Shown here in pieces: positions 34,986-58,194 of a stretch of 64,000 bases of DNA. Every line of letters starts with the position of its first letter. Within the stretch, counting starts at the first letter, position 1. The translations under genes and the position numbers were made by a program. Source of the DNA: Gracilinanus agilis (taxonomy: Eukaryota); NCBI RefSeq assembly GCF_016433145.1, contig NC_058130.1, positions 797,441,400 through 797,505,399 of the forward strand, given 5' to 3'. Below the pieces are notes generated by a model that searched no databases, was not told where the DNA came from, and worked only from the letters and a program-made list of their open reading frames with translations.

Positions 34986-37900
34986 ACAAAATACTGAAAT
35001 TACTCACCGTGTCCATTTGCCAAAGGACAGTTCTATAAAGATAGAGGTCAAGGACCATCTTAACAATTGCCTTCCCCCTGCTTTGCCCTTTGTCACCCCT
35101 GATGCCTAACTAGGGGTTATTGTATTGAATTGGACATGGAAAACGTGTCCTTTGGCATTTGTACTTCATGCTAAGTTGTTGAATTTGTAGTACAGAGAAG
35201 CCCTTGAAATGGGTCCTGAGCTGCCCAAAGGTCCCTTCTTTGTTGCCTGCTGAGCCCTGGCTCCATGCAAAGGCTCACATTCTCCTGGGATGGCAGTCTA
35301 CGTGGCTTTAGTCTGCTTGCTTATGTGGAGGGAGCTTTCCAGTCTGGTTAATCAGAATAGTCCATACACGTTTAGAGGCAGACTGGTATAGCCTGCTCTA
35401 GGAAAAGGCAAGACTCGGAGCTAAGATGACTCCTGTGTAAAGTCTAGGTCCCTGCCCCCCTCTCCACCATGCCTGAGGACATTTCTCACATCACCTGCCC
35501 CTCTTCCATCAGCCCCAAAGGAGCACTTCCTCCTTCCCCTGACTGGGGTAAGGCTCACATGTAGTGTGAGGGTTGTAGTTTGGGCACTCGGTCTCTAAAA
35601 GGTTGGCCATTACTGGTCTAGGTCATTTGGGTACTCCCCTTCCCAGTCATCCCAGCCATCCCAGCCATGACCACACTCTGGGGAGCTGGGAGTCCAGCCT
35701 GGAGAGGAACGAGCTACCTGGGCTACTTTGGGTGCCCTCCCTAGAATAGGGCAGAATGTGGTTTCAGTGTCAAGTCCTGGGGGAACGAACTTTTGGGCAG
35801 TTTTGGCTGGGATTGCAGAGAAAGTCCTGGAGAATCTGGAGTGCAGCCTAGAGAAGAATGAAGAGCCATCTTCACAAGGGAAAATCCAAAATGCTGACGT
35901 AGGGTGGTCTGCCATTATTCCCTGAAAGATTCAAAAACTTGAGTAAACTGCAGAGAGAACATGCCCCCAAATCACATTGCAAAGGGCGTATTGATTACCA
36001 GCATCCTGTGTGGAAAGTTGCCATATCTCTAAGCTGTATGAGTTTAAATGAAATGCACATTAAGGGCTCCTTGAGAAATGTATGTGAAAGAACCAGGTGG
36101 TCATCTGTGATCATCTCTAGCTCGCCACCTATGGGGAATGGGTTGGAGAATTCATTGGTTTCAGGGATTTGTTGTTTAGGAATTAGTCCTAAACCTAATT
36201 CTTTGTAGGAAATGTGGATGATGGCTGTAGTAGACATAGGAGTGGGTGGTGGACTGGGTTCTGCTCAAAAGTTCTGAATAGGAGATGCAGTCTTTGAGAG
36301 AGCAGAATGGGAGGAAGGAGCAATTGCTGAGAATTGGGCAATGGCATGGGTGTACCAGGCTCGCCTGAAGAGAAGGGGTGCTAGAAGGCTAAAAGGAGAG
36401 CAGAGAGATGGAAGAGCAGGGGAGATCATTGTAGGCCTTCCTACTCTGTCAGCCCTCTCCAACAAAGTTCAGATTTGTTCTGAGAGACCTAAGGGAAGTT
36501 CTTAAATGTCTCTTCCCACCCCCACCCCCATTTCCCTGCCAATTTGTATGCATAACTTTTGCTCTCATATATCCTTGTTTGTTTTCATCTCAGCTTTTCC
36601 CTGTGTGCTGATTATATGCTGAGTCCATGCTGAGAAAATAGAAATGGAGAAAATCAAGAATTAACTGGAAATTAAAAAAAAAAAATCAGAGAAGCAACGA
36701 AACTTTTGTGAGTGTTATTATTTTTCTGTCCATAGTGTTTGCAGGTTGTTTCTCCTTCCTGAATCTGTAGGCTGCTTGGATGCAGGAAGCATATATCTGC
36801 CTTTTTTGCCAGGCACATAGTAAGCACTTTATAAATGCTTGTCATCTGCACACCTGTGATCCTAACTAGCTGAGGGCTCAGAGGCAGGCCCTGTAGCCTC
36901 AACCTGTCTCATTTTCCATCTGTGAAATGGGTTCAACAGCTTCTTAGATTTCTTGTGAATAGAGAAACGAAACTGAAATGTGAGCTTATGTGAGGTTTTG
37001 ACCTTATTATTATTATTTGACCTTATTATTATTACTGTTTTCAGGTTGACACCTTGTTCACAAATATCTCACTTTCAGTTCACAGCAACTCCAGGAAGTA
37101 GAGGTGTTATGACTTCCATTTTACAGAAAAGGAATTGAGGCAGACAAGTTGTGTCCCACCTAAGGTCACAGAGAATAGCACCTGAAAGAATGTCCCAAAT
37201 CACAAACAATACAAATGAAAACCAAAACACCCATTAGAGTGGCAGAGGACACAAGACGTCAGAGTAGCTAAGGTTGGAGGAGTTGTGGGAAGAAAGGCAC
37301 ACTAGTACATTGTTGGTGGAACTGAGTCAGGCCAACCATTTTGGAAAGTCATTTGGGATTACAAAAATAGTGACTAACAGCACCTGTGCCATCAATCCTA
37401 TCCAACCAAATATTCAGAGCCACCAAGTAGACACGCATCAGCTGGGAAATGGCTAAACCAGTTGTGGTCCATGACCGCAACGGAATATTGTGGTGCTGTA
37501 AGAAGCCTGGAACCTGCTATAGGAGCTGATGTGGAGGGAAGGTCCACGGGCCCCGCCCCCTATGTGTGCACGCTTCTGCCGCATCAATGGTGTGTGTGTG
37601 TGAGTGGGGAGGGCCTCCTGGAGACCCTGGGGTTTCTGCAGGAATAGGGGGTCCCGGGTGTGGCCACACAAAACCCTTTGGAGGTGGGGGGCAGGAAACC
37701 AGCATTGATTAAGCACCTCCTGTGTGCAGGGCGCGCCTTGGGGCAGTCCTTTCGTTTTATCCTCTGGCATGGCTCAGTTCCTGCGCCACTTGGCTGCCCC
37801 CATAGATTGGGGCGGGGAGTGAAGGGAAATAAAGGAAATTGGGGAGCCAAATGGGATCCCCCAATAGGCGCCTCCTTCACCTAGGGTGGAAGGACATTAG

Positions 37901-38331
37901 CTAGTCCAGGACTTCAGGCATGCGCACACGTCGCTGGGGCCTCTAGACTACATTTCCCAGAAGGCTGTAGTCACCACTCCCTTGTTTCCAGGTGGGGGCG
38001 TGCACAGCTTCCGCGGCCTTACGTCACTTCCATCTTCTCCTCAGTGGCCTCTGTTCCGGCCTTGGTTGCAGCCGCGGCCCGAGCCCTGGCGTCCAGGGTC
38101 AGGGTGAGGGGAGAGCGCGGGAGCCAAGGCGCGAGACAGCGGCTTCCGGAGTTTTGGACGGGTGGGGGAGGGGCGCCGGTTCCGGAGGGCTCCGGCAGCC
38201 ACGCTCTCCCGCAAACGGGTGCGCCCATTGGTCAGGCCTAAGGGGGGTGGGTGGAGCAGCCCGGGGTTCTGCCCCCTGGGGGTGTGGCTGACTCCTCCTC
38301 TCCCCGCCCTCTCTCCCGGTGCCTGGCAGGC

Positions 38332-48976
<10,645 letters not shown>

Positions 48977-49396
48977 GTATTTGACACTATTAAGTTCCTT
49001 GTACTCCTGGGTATTCTTCTCCTTCCCTGTCTTTGGATCATACAATTAGAGGTTTTTCTCTTACCTCTTTTTAACTGTGTCTTCTCTGTCTTAACTCTGT
49101 TGTGAATTGGTTTTTTGCTCATACCCTTTAAACTAATTGCTCTCTTAGATTCTGTCCTCAACATGTTCTTCTTTTCTTTAAACTCTCTCTGTCAGGAATC
49201 TCAGCCCTGTTTGAGAACTAGCATATTAAAAAACATGGGAGGGAGCTAGGTGGCTCAGTGGATTGAGAGTCAGGCCTGGAGAGGGAAGGTCTTGGATTCA
49301 AATCTGGATTTAGCCACTTTCTAGCTATGTGACTAAGTCGCTTTGCTCCCATTTCCTAGCCTTATTGCTCTTCTGCCTTAGAACCAATAGTTAGTA

Positions 49397-51812
49397 CAGT
49401 GATACCTTGGTACATGAGGACCTTGAGTCATGAGCAATTTGAGATATGAGCTGTCAGGATCAGGATTTTTTGCTTTAAGTCACAAGTGGATATTTGAATC
49501 ACAAGCTTTTGCCACCCTCCACTAGATTGCCTGCCTAACATTTAGTTTCACAAGTTACACAAGGCTATTTCATTTAGTTAGTGTTTAGCTGACTGTGTGA
49601 GCATCTGTATTGAATTGCTTTTGCTTTCTTCTTTATTTTTGTCTTTGTTATCAGTTTTTTGGGCAACTTTCTTAACTTTTAACCATGGGTCCTAAGAAAA
49701 TGAGTGCCAAGAGCAGTGCTGAGAAGAAGAGAAGGATGATGTTCATGAAATTAAAGCAAGAAATCATCAAAAAATATGAGCAAGGTGTGCGTGTTTCTGA
49801 CTTGGCAAAAGAATACGATCGTAGTACATCGACGATATGTACGATTTTGAAGCAGAAGGAGTTGTTAAAGGTTATAACGCCAGCCAAGGGTATTAAGATT
49901 ATTTCAAAGCTCCGGACCTCTGTCCATGAAGAGATGGAGAGGCTATTGTTAGTCTGGTTGATGGAGAAGCAGCTCACAGGAGATACTGTGACCAAAAGCA
50001 CTATCTGTGAGAAGGCACGAGAGATTTACGGTGATTTGGGGGAGCAGACACCAGGAACATCAATGGATGAGGCATCAAAAGAGCCATTCAAAGCCAGTCG
50101 GGGATGGTTTGATAACTTCAAAAAAAGGTCAGGCATTCACTCTGTTGTCAGGCATAGTGAGGCGTCAAGTGCAGATGAGAAGTCAGCAAAGGCTTTCATT
50201 GAAACCTTTGCAAAATTGGTAGAAGATGAAGCATACACCCCCCAGCAAGTCTTTAATTGCGATGAGACAGGGCTATTCTGGAAAAAGATGCCGAGGAGGA
50301 CATACATAACTGCAGAGGAGAAGAGCATGCCAGGCCACAAACCTATGAAGGATAGGCTAACCCTTGCGCTTTGTGCAAATGCAAGTGGTGACTGTAAGAT
50401 CAAGCCACTACTCGTATACCACTCAGAAAACCCCAGAGCTTTTAAGTCTCATAAAATAATTAAAGAAAAACTGCAGGTTATGTGGAGGGCAAACCCCAAA
50501 GCATGGGTCACCAGGGAGTTATTTGTGCAGTGGGTAAACCTGGTCTTTGGTCCTGCCGTAAAGAAATATTTGTCGGAAAATAACCTACCCCTGAAAGCCC
50601 TCCTCGTCCTTGACAGTGCTCCTTCACACTCGCCAAACCTCACAGAGGACATCCTTTATGAGTTTAAGTTCATCAGGGTCCTCTACCTTCCACCCAACAC
50701 TACCCCTATCCTTCAGCCCATGGACCAGGTGATTTCAAATTTCAAAAAGCTCTTCGTGAAGCAGCTGTTTCGGCAATGCTTTGAGATTACAGACAGCACA
50801 GACCTCACCCTTCAAGAGTTCTGGAAGGAGCATTACAATATAGTGACTTGCCTCAAAATTATTGACATGGCCTGGCAGAGTATTACAAGGAGGACCTTGA
50901 ACTCTGCGTGGAGGAAGCTCTGGCCTGAGGTTGTGTCTGAGAGCGACTTTGAAGGAGTCGAACCTGCAGAACCAGTGGTTGAGGAGATTGTGTCCCTCGG
51001 AAAGTCCATGGGCCTGGAGGTCAGTGAAGAAGACATCGATGACCTCCTCAAGAAGCACATGGAGGAACTGACGACGGAGGAATTGAAGGAGTTACAGCAG
51101 CAGCAGCAGATGGAGGTTTTGCAGGAAATTAGTGGAGAGGAGCCCGAGGTGGATCAGGTAATCAGTACAAGCAGGATTAAGGAAATGTTGAGGTTTTGGG
51201 AAAAAATTAAACAGTTTATTGAAAAGACACACCCAGAAAAAGTTGCAGCAGGGCGTGCATTGGAGCTGTGTGATGATACTTGTTTCACACATTATCAAAA
51301 CATTCTGAAAGAGAGGAAGAAACACACTTCCATGGAAAGGTTTTTGTTGAAATAGAGAAAGGTGGGGTAAGACAGCCAAGATTCAGTGAAGAAAATGATG
51401 CTAATTAAGTCAAAAAATAGCAGTTAAGTTTAGCAATAAAATTACACATAACAAGTAATATGTAAGGCCAATTTTGCATTTAAGTATAGCGTTACATGTG
51501 TAGAGTAAGTTATGTTAAGTGGTAGCACACGAAATGAAAAACTTCTCCGCCAGCTTCTTTGCCTGACCTTAAAGGTAAATAACGTTTCATAAACAAGTTT
51601 GTTTCTTTACATCCTTTCTTATTAGCTATGTTATTTACAAAGTACACTTTTGTATGTAAAAGCATATAAAACAAAAAATTTGTGTGGTTTTTGGGGGGTT
51701 GGAATGGATTAATTGCATTTCCTTTCATTTAAATAGGGAAATTCAATTTGACACATGAGCAAATTGAGCTTGGCCATGGAATGAATTAAACTTGTGTGTC
51801 AAGGTAGTGCTG
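49397..51812 (+). mobile_element. Full-length Tigger (pogo-like, IS630-Tc1-mariner) DNA transposon, 2416 bp
   Basis: TA TSD (49395-96, 51813-14). Imperfect 22-bp TIRs CAGTGATACCTTGGTACATGAG vs CAGCACTACCTTGACACACAAG (15/22 identical). Confidence 0.92.
49685..51355 (+). CDS. Tigger/TIGD1-like transposase, 556 aa, uninterrupted
   Basis: N-terminal HTH-psq/CENP-B-type domains (DLAKEYDRSTSTICTILK; FKASRGWFDNFKKR) and a DDE_1 triad: NCDETGLFWK, VLDSAPSH, QPMDQ (36 residues between D2 and D3). Confidence 0.93.
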   Translation: MGPKKMSAKSSAEKKRRMMFMKLKQEIIKKYEQGVRVSDLAKEYDRSTSTICTILKQKELLKVITPAKGIKIISKLRTSVHEEMERLLLVWLMEKQLTGDTVTKSTICEKAREIYGDLGEQTPGTSMDEASKEPFKASRGWFDNFKKRSGIHSVVRHSEASSADEKSAKAFIETFAKLVEDEAYTPQQVFNCDETGLFWKKMPRRTYITAEEKSMPGHKPMKDRLTLALCANASGDCKIKPLLVYHSENPRAFKSHKIIKEKLQVMWRANPKAWVTRELFVQWVNLVFGPAVKKYLSENNLPLKALLVLDSAPSHSPNLTEDILYEFKFIRVLYLPPNTTPILQPMDQVISNFKKLFVKQLFRQCFEITDSTDLTLQEFWKEHYNIVTCLKIIDMAWQSITRRTLNSAWRKLWPEVVSESDFEGVEPAEPVVEEIVSLGKSMGLEVSEEDIDDLLKKHMEELTTEELKELQQQQQMEVLQEISGEEPEVDQVISTSRIKEMLRFWEKIKQFIEKTHPEKVAAGRALELCDDTCFTHYQNILKERKKHTSMERFLLK

Positions 51813-52161
51813 TATTGATTCTAAGATGGAAGATAAGGGTTTAAAAAAAAAAAAAAAAACAGGGAAGAAGAAAAAATGGAAGGCCCAGGATGACTCTGAA
51901 GGCAGTTGTACTGGGCCCCTTTTCCTTTTTTGAAATGATCTCAAGACTCTGAATGTTTCAAGTTTTCATCATTTTTATTTTGTTGGGGGTAGAAAAAAGG
52001 CTAAAAATGGGTGCTGGCTTTATTATGGCTGTGATGAGGCTTTTTTTGGTTATTGTTCCTCGATCATTTGAATTTGGGGGTATCAAAAATGGGCAAGGAC
52101 TAGATTTGAGGGAAAGGCAGAATTGGCAGGAGTCCAGATAGCACCAAACCTCCTGCCCCCC

Positions 52162-52370
52162 TAAATAGCTTTTTTTTAAACCCTCACCTTTGGCCTCAGA
52201 GTCAATACTGTGTATTGGTTCCAAGACAGAAGAGTGGTAAGGGTGGGCAATGGGGGTCAAGTGACTTGCCCAGGGTCACACAGCTGGGAAGTGTCTGAGG
52301 GCAGATTTGAACCCAGGATCTCCCATCTCTGGGCCTGGCTCTCCATCCACTGAGCTACCCAGCTGCCCCC
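52162..52370 (-). mobile_element. SINE1_Mdo-type SINE
   Basis: Near-consensus reverse copy ending ccactgagctacccagctgcccc. Confidence 0.92.
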
Positions 52371-52539
52371 GTAAATAGCTTTCTTTCCTGGCAAACCTGC
52401 CTTTTTCCGAGCATCTCCTGATGTGTTGAGGACGTCACTATCTAGCCACCTAGGCTTCTTGCCAAACTGTAAAGGCTCTACAAGTCTCGTATTTGTCCAC
52501 TTGTCCTCGCCACCATCGTGTGCCCTGCCCCAGTCTTGT

Positions 52540-53510
52540 GGTTCCACGGAAGCTGGGGTGATCTTAAAGCGCGGCTGTTTGGGCCGCGCCTGCGTCTCCT
52601 CCAAGATTCTTTCTTTGGCCGCTAAAGTTGTCCACAAGCCGCCCCTTCGTGCCTTTCTAGACTTCTCTTTTCCTTCCCTGGATGCACTCTGGCCTGCTTG
52701 CGGCCACTTAAAAACTCGGACTGTAGGCTCTCCGGAGCGGGCCGCTCTTTCTCGGATTTCCTTTAAGGGTCAGCTGAAGGGCCTCCCCTCTACTGGCTCT
52801 GGCCATGGATTACGTATTTATGTTGCGTGAGCTGGCTTACTGTAGGGGAGGGGCAGTTGGGGTTTTTTCTGTCCTCGAGGCTAGCGAGCAATTAATATTG
52901 GAATCAATCAGGGAGTTAAAGGAATTAATCTCGCCCCAAACTTCTTCACATCCAAGACTGGCGCCCTTCCCCCTCTCCCCTTAGAGGTGGGAGCGGCACG
53001 TTTGGCCTCTTGGTGGGAATCCTGGCCGACTCCGGGGCCATCCCAAGAGTGCCCAGGCTATGCCCTTTGTCACTGCACTCATTCCCGGCCCCACACTGGC
53101 CGCTCTCCCTCTCCCCAGCCCCAAGGATCCGAGCGGTCACTGGGTCTGCTTGGATCTCCCTCTCTAACCCTCTGTGATCCCCGAGTCTCCTGGTCGGGTA
53201 GCCTTTGGCCCTTCCGCCTCCAGAACCCGACCCCCGTCAGGAAGCGTCTCGGCTTCGCGCAGCGGGGATGAGGAGAGCTACAGGCCCCTCAAGGAATTTC
53301 CAGTGTAAAGGGGAGACGAAGCAGCCCACGAGGCCAACCTCAGAGGAGGGCAAGAAGAACCAACGGGAAGGGCAGCCCCAGGCTGAGAGGGGTCGGGAAA
53401 GGAGGCGAAGCGGGAAGGGGAGGCAGCGCCCACCCAGGGCTCCGATCTTGGAGGGGGGAGGGGCCCCGAGCTTCCGGAGTCGGGATGACCACCTGCGCCT
53501 TAGTGGCCGC
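52540..53510. promoter_or_regulatory. CpG-rich segment (probable CpG island) truncated by the gap
   Basis: High GC and CpG content up to the last base before the Ns; no repeat recognised. Confidence 0.5.
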
Positions 53511-54010
53511 NNNNNNNNNNNNNNNNNNNNNNNNNNNNNNNNNNNNNNNNNNNNNNNNNNNNNNNNNNNNNNNNNNNNNNNNNNNNNNNNNNNNNNNNNN
53601 NNNNNNNNNNNNNNNNNNNNNNNNNNNNNNNNNNNNNNNNNNNNNNNNNNNNNNNNNNNNNNNNNNNNNNNNNNNNNNNNNNNNNNNNNNNNNNNNNNNN
53701 NNNNNNNNNNNNNNNNNNNNNNNNNNNNNNNNNNNNNNNNNNNNNNNNNNNNNNNNNNNNNNNNNNNNNNNNNNNNNNNNNNNNNNNNNNNNNNNNNNNN
53801 NNNNNNNNNNNNNNNNNNNNNNNNNNNNNNNNNNNNNNNNNNNNNNNNNNNNNNNNNNNNNNNNNNNNNNNNNNNNNNNNNNNNNNNNNNNNNNNNNNNN
53901 NNNNNNNNNNNNNNNNNNNNNNNNNNNNNNNNNNNNNNNNNNNNNNNNNNNNNNNNNNNNNNNNNNNNNNNNNNNNNNNNNNNNNNNNNNNNNNNNNNNN
54001 NNNNNNNNNN
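53511..54010. other. Assembly gap (500 N)
   Basis: Run of N. Confidence 1.
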
Positions 54011-54456
54011 ACATTGAGATGAGCACACTCCAACCTTGAATCAGGTCTTCTCCATAGCATTTGATGGAGGAGCCAACTCTGAAAGTGAGAAGAGATCAGG
54101 GCAGGGTGTCACAGGGATGTGACTTCATTATCTAGCTACAGTGATGTCATTATAAGCACTACGTGAAGGACTGAGTGGGTACTAATTGCTCCAAATTCAG
54201 TTGGCATCATTTACCAAACATTTATTGAACATCTACTGTTGTGAAGAAAAACTGTCCTTGGTGCTGAAAACATGAATGTATTCCATCAAAGAGTCTATTT
54301 TCTTGCAGAAACCAGGATATTTATTACCCTTACCAAATAGGAGCACAAATTTATGGTTCTAAGTCCTAGGATCTCCCATGCAGCCAAGTGGTTCAGCTGT
54401 GGGAAGAACCCTTTTGGGGGGACCAGACAGTGACTGCTTTATTTCTTCCTTTTCAG

Positions 54457-54669
54457 CTCCCCTCCTTTCTGAAGAACACCCAGTTTAACAACAGGGCCGG
54501 TGACCAGGTGTTTGTGGATGATGCAGGAAATTCTGGGGCTCAATATGACATTATAAAGTATTTGTTCCCCCAAAATGAGACTGAAGTTCTGGTGAAAGTG
54601 GGATAGTTTATCCCCAGTGCTCCCCTGGGTGAAGATTTCACCATTTTGTGGGGCTGGTTTGAGTCAAAG
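54457..54669 (+). pseudogene. Vomeronasal type-2 receptor (V2R) exon-4-like pseudo-exon
   Basis: tttcag|L(P)SFLKNTQFNNRAGDQVFVD...QYDII...EVLVKVG*FIPSAPLGEDFTI...WG..K|gt. In-frame TAG at 54604-54606 and a short deletion before WG. Confidence 0.85.
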
Positions 54670-55629
54670 GTCAGAAATATTTCAATATCAGTTTGGGGTT
54701 TTCAATCATGGAAACACATCTCCTTTCTTAGGTCATGCACAAACAAGAGCTTTTTAAAATTTAGCTTTACAGAAATGCTAGTTAGTGTTATTAATTTATG
54801 CAGAACCATAATTTTATAAAATATTCTTCTACTACCTGTCTCCTCATCCTTCCCAGAAAATCTCAGGGATAAAGAGCAAGTAAGTCAGCCAAACTTACTT
54901 TTGTCCATTGAAAAATCTACTCCACCACATCCTTCAGCTCTGTGAGCCTTACCTTTTAAATGCTTTTCTTTCCTCAGTCAGGGTTGTTACACTGAACAAT
55001 ATTATACTTAGGATTATAGAATGTTATATCTGACAGGACTTTTGAGGAGCAACAACATTCTTTTTCAGATGAAGAATCAGAAGCTCATGGCAGAGGAGCA
55101 GTTGAGCCAAACCATGTGGCTCCTGATGAATAGAAGAAAAATTAAATCACTTGAATACAACTATATTGGACATTCAATTGCATATTGTTATTGTTTTATG
55201 AGCCAGGAAGAAATCCCAGAAGTCTTCTACAAAGTAAAGTTTCTTTAACTCTTCCCAAAGTGATATCATAATTTCTCACAGACTAATCTACTATCTCTTG
55301 TTATGGCCCAGACTCTTCAGTTTCTTCCCTTATTACTCTTTAGGCTCCCCATTCTTATGGGGAAAACCTGGGGAGATAACTTAATTATTGTATGTGGGTT
55401 CAGAAGGGGTGAGTAGGAGACAGGCATGAAAAAAGGTGGGACCAAACAAGTTAGGGAGACTGGGTTAAACTGCTAAGGAAAATGTCTGTTGACAGAAGTG
55501 ACAGTTAAGCCTAACTGTCACCCTGCACCATCTCGACAAGGGGCCTGTGAAAACTACAAAACAAATGACAAGAGTCTGTAACAAATGTAATTAAGGGAAC
55601 TATAGTCTAAAGGATGGGAATAGGGGTTT

Positions 55630-58020
55630 CCGTTTTATGGGTGAGTTCATCCCATTCAGATTCAGAGTTATAATTATCAACTCTGCATTCCCAGACATTT
55701 TGATTCTCTCTCCTAGTCCTGTCCATTCTTCTTTCACTGTTTCCTTTTCTACCAGTGTTTTGTTTTTAATCAGTTCTTATAATCCCCTCCCTTATTGTAC
55801 TTCCCTTTCTCCCCCCTCCCTTCTTATTCCCCTCTTATTGTTCTTTAAAGCCACTCAGTGCTCCCCCCCAGCCCTCTCCCTCCCTACCAGTCCCTTTGTT
55901 AAGTCTACTTCTCTATAGGGCGTGAATCAATTTTCTGTCCCTATGGATCTGATTTTTCTTCTCTAAGTTGATTTCAATGCACTGAAGTATTGAATATTCC
56001 CTCTCTCTAACCTCTTTACCCTTACAGTGTATAGTTATTTTTCCCTGTTGATCCCACATGCTTCTTTATGGAATATAAATTTATTCCTTTTTGTTTGCTT
56101 TCTTTTTTTTCTTATTGTTATCTTCTCCCCCCCCCCCCGTTTTGTTTTGCTAAATCAATTGTATAAAAAAATCAAGCCATTCCCCAAATAATAAATGGGC
56201 AAGGGACATGAATAGGCAATTTTCAGATAAAGAAATAAAAAGTATCAATAAGCACATGAGAAAGTGTTCTAAATCTCTAATAATTAAAGATATGCAAATC
56301 AAAACAACTCTGAGGTACCATCTCACACCTAGCAGAATGGCTAAAATGATAGCAGGGGAGAGTAATGAATGTTGGAGGGGATGTGGCAAAATTGGGATGT
56401 TAATGCACTGCTGGTGGAGTTGTGAACTGATCCAACCATTCTGGCTGGCAATTTGGAACTATGCCCAAAGAGTGATAAAAGAATGCCTGCCCTTTGATCC
56501 AGCTATACCATTGCTGGGATTGTACCCCAAAGAGATCATAGATAAACAGACTTGCACAAAAATATTTATAGCAGCGCTCTTTGTGGTGGCAAAAAACGGG
56601 AAAGCAAGGGTATGCCCTCCAATTGGGGAATGGCTGAACAAATTTTGGTATATGTTGGAGATGGAATACTATTGTGCTCAAAGGAATCATAAACTGGAGG
56701 AATTCCATGTGAACTGGAAAAACCTCCAGGAATTGATGGAGAGTGAAAGGAGCAGAAATAGAAGAACATTGTTCACAGAGACTGATATATTGTGGTAAAA
56801 TCGAATGTAATGGACATCTATTTTAGCAGCAATGCAATGACCCAAGAAAATTCTGAGGGATTTATGGAAAGGAACACTACCCACAGTCAGAGGAAGAACT
56901 ACAGGAGTAGAAACACAGAAGAAAAACAACTGCTTGGACACTGGGGTTGATTAGGACATGACTGGGGATGTAGATCTGAAAAGACCACACCCATGTAACT
57001 ATCAATAAGGTGTAAATAAGTCTTGACTGACCACACATAATAAAACCAGTGTAAATGCAAATTGGCTACAGCAAAGTGGGGCAGGAGGTTGAGGGGGTAA
57101 AGGGTAAGGTAAAAACGTGACTTATGTAACCATGGAAAATTTTTCTAAAAATAAAAATTATTTTAAAAAATAGTTATTTTGCTTTCAATTTTATTAATTT
57201 CTCCTTTGGTTTTTAGTATTTCTAATTTAGTCTTTGGGGATTTTACTTTGCTCTTTTTCTAGTTTATTTTAGTTTTGTGCCCAATTCATTGATTTCCTCT
57301 TTTTGTATTTTCTTGATATAGGCACACAGGGATATAAATTTTCCCCTGAGTACCTCTTTGGCTGTATCCCATAAATTTTTATAGGTTGTCTCCTCATTGT
57401 CATTCTTTTCAGTGAAATCAATAATTGTTTCTATGATTCGTCCTTTAACTCATCAGTTTTGAAGAGTTAGATTATTTAGTTTCCAATTAATTTTTAATTT
57501 GCTTATTCATGAACTCTTACTGATTAAATTTTTTATTCCTATGATCTGAAAAGTTTGAATTTATTACTTCTGCTTTTCTGCATTTGTTTGTGATGTTTTT
57601 ATGCTCTAGCACATGGTCAATATTTGTATACGTACCGTGTACTGCTGAGAAGAAGTTATATTCCTTTTTATCCCTATTCAGTTTTCTCCAGAGATCTATT
57701 AACTCTCACTTCCCTTACTTCTTTCTTATTTATTTTTTGGTTTGATTTATCTAGTTCTGATAGGGGAAGTTTGAGATCCCATACTAGTATAGTTTTCTTA
57801 TCTATTTCCTCCTTAAGTTACTTTAGTATCTTCTTTAAAAATCTGGATGCTATCCCATTTGGTGCATAAATGTTTAGTACTGATATTACTTCATTGTTTA
57901 TAGTGCCCTTTAACAAAATGTAATTTCCTTCCTCATCTATTTTAATCAGATCAATTTTTGCTTTAGCTTTGTCTGAGATCATGATTGTTACTTCTTTTTT
58001 TTTACTTTAGATGATGCATA
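55630..58020. mobile_element. L1 mosaic: spacer/ORF2 start (-, 55630-56140), 3' end (+, 56150-57170), endonuclease region (-, 57170-58020)
   Basis: ORF 56208..56798 (QIKTTLRYHLTP...CWRGCGK...FDPAIPLLGLYPK) on plus; reverse-strand matches to the spacer and EN of the L1 at 3130-4640. Confidence 0.85.
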
Positions 58021-58194
58021 ATAAATTATCTAAATAAACCTATGAGAAGGGGGAAGAGCACAAGCCATTCCAGGAGAACCAACTAATGTCATTATGTTTC
58101 TTTCCCTTTGATTGATGAAGGTAAATCTCTTGTTATGGGACTTCATGGACAAATGCAAATCCACTTGGATTCGGAATAGAAGAGTTTTCTGGTG

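Larger units (their letters stand above)
49237..51859 (+). mobile_element. SINE1_Mdo-type SINE split in two (49237-49396 and 51813-51859) by the Tigger insertion
   Basis: ...gccttagaaccaatagttagTA | TAttgattctaagatggaagataagggtttaaaaaa rejoins to the SINE tail GAACCAATACACAGTATTGATTCCAAGATGGAAG. Confidence 0.9.

Noticed and set aside
35570-36480. Unique-looking segment with a short cccagccat triplication as a processed pseudogene
   Set aside because: No recognisable protein family, poly-A or TSD.
49655-49696. Direct in-frame KRAB-transposase fusion in the sequence as given
   Set aside because: TAA at 49673-75 closes the transposase frame. Phase-1 and phase-2 entries stop at 49693-95 and 49680-82. 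AG sites inside the first codons lack pyrimidine tracts. Kept only as a conditional hypothesis.
53205-54060. Long ORFs spanning the gap
   Set aside because: Artefacts of translating N as X.
55069-55135. tttttcag|atgaagaatcag as V2R exon 6 start
   Set aside because: No C..CP....N...C motif and no transmembrane segments follow.
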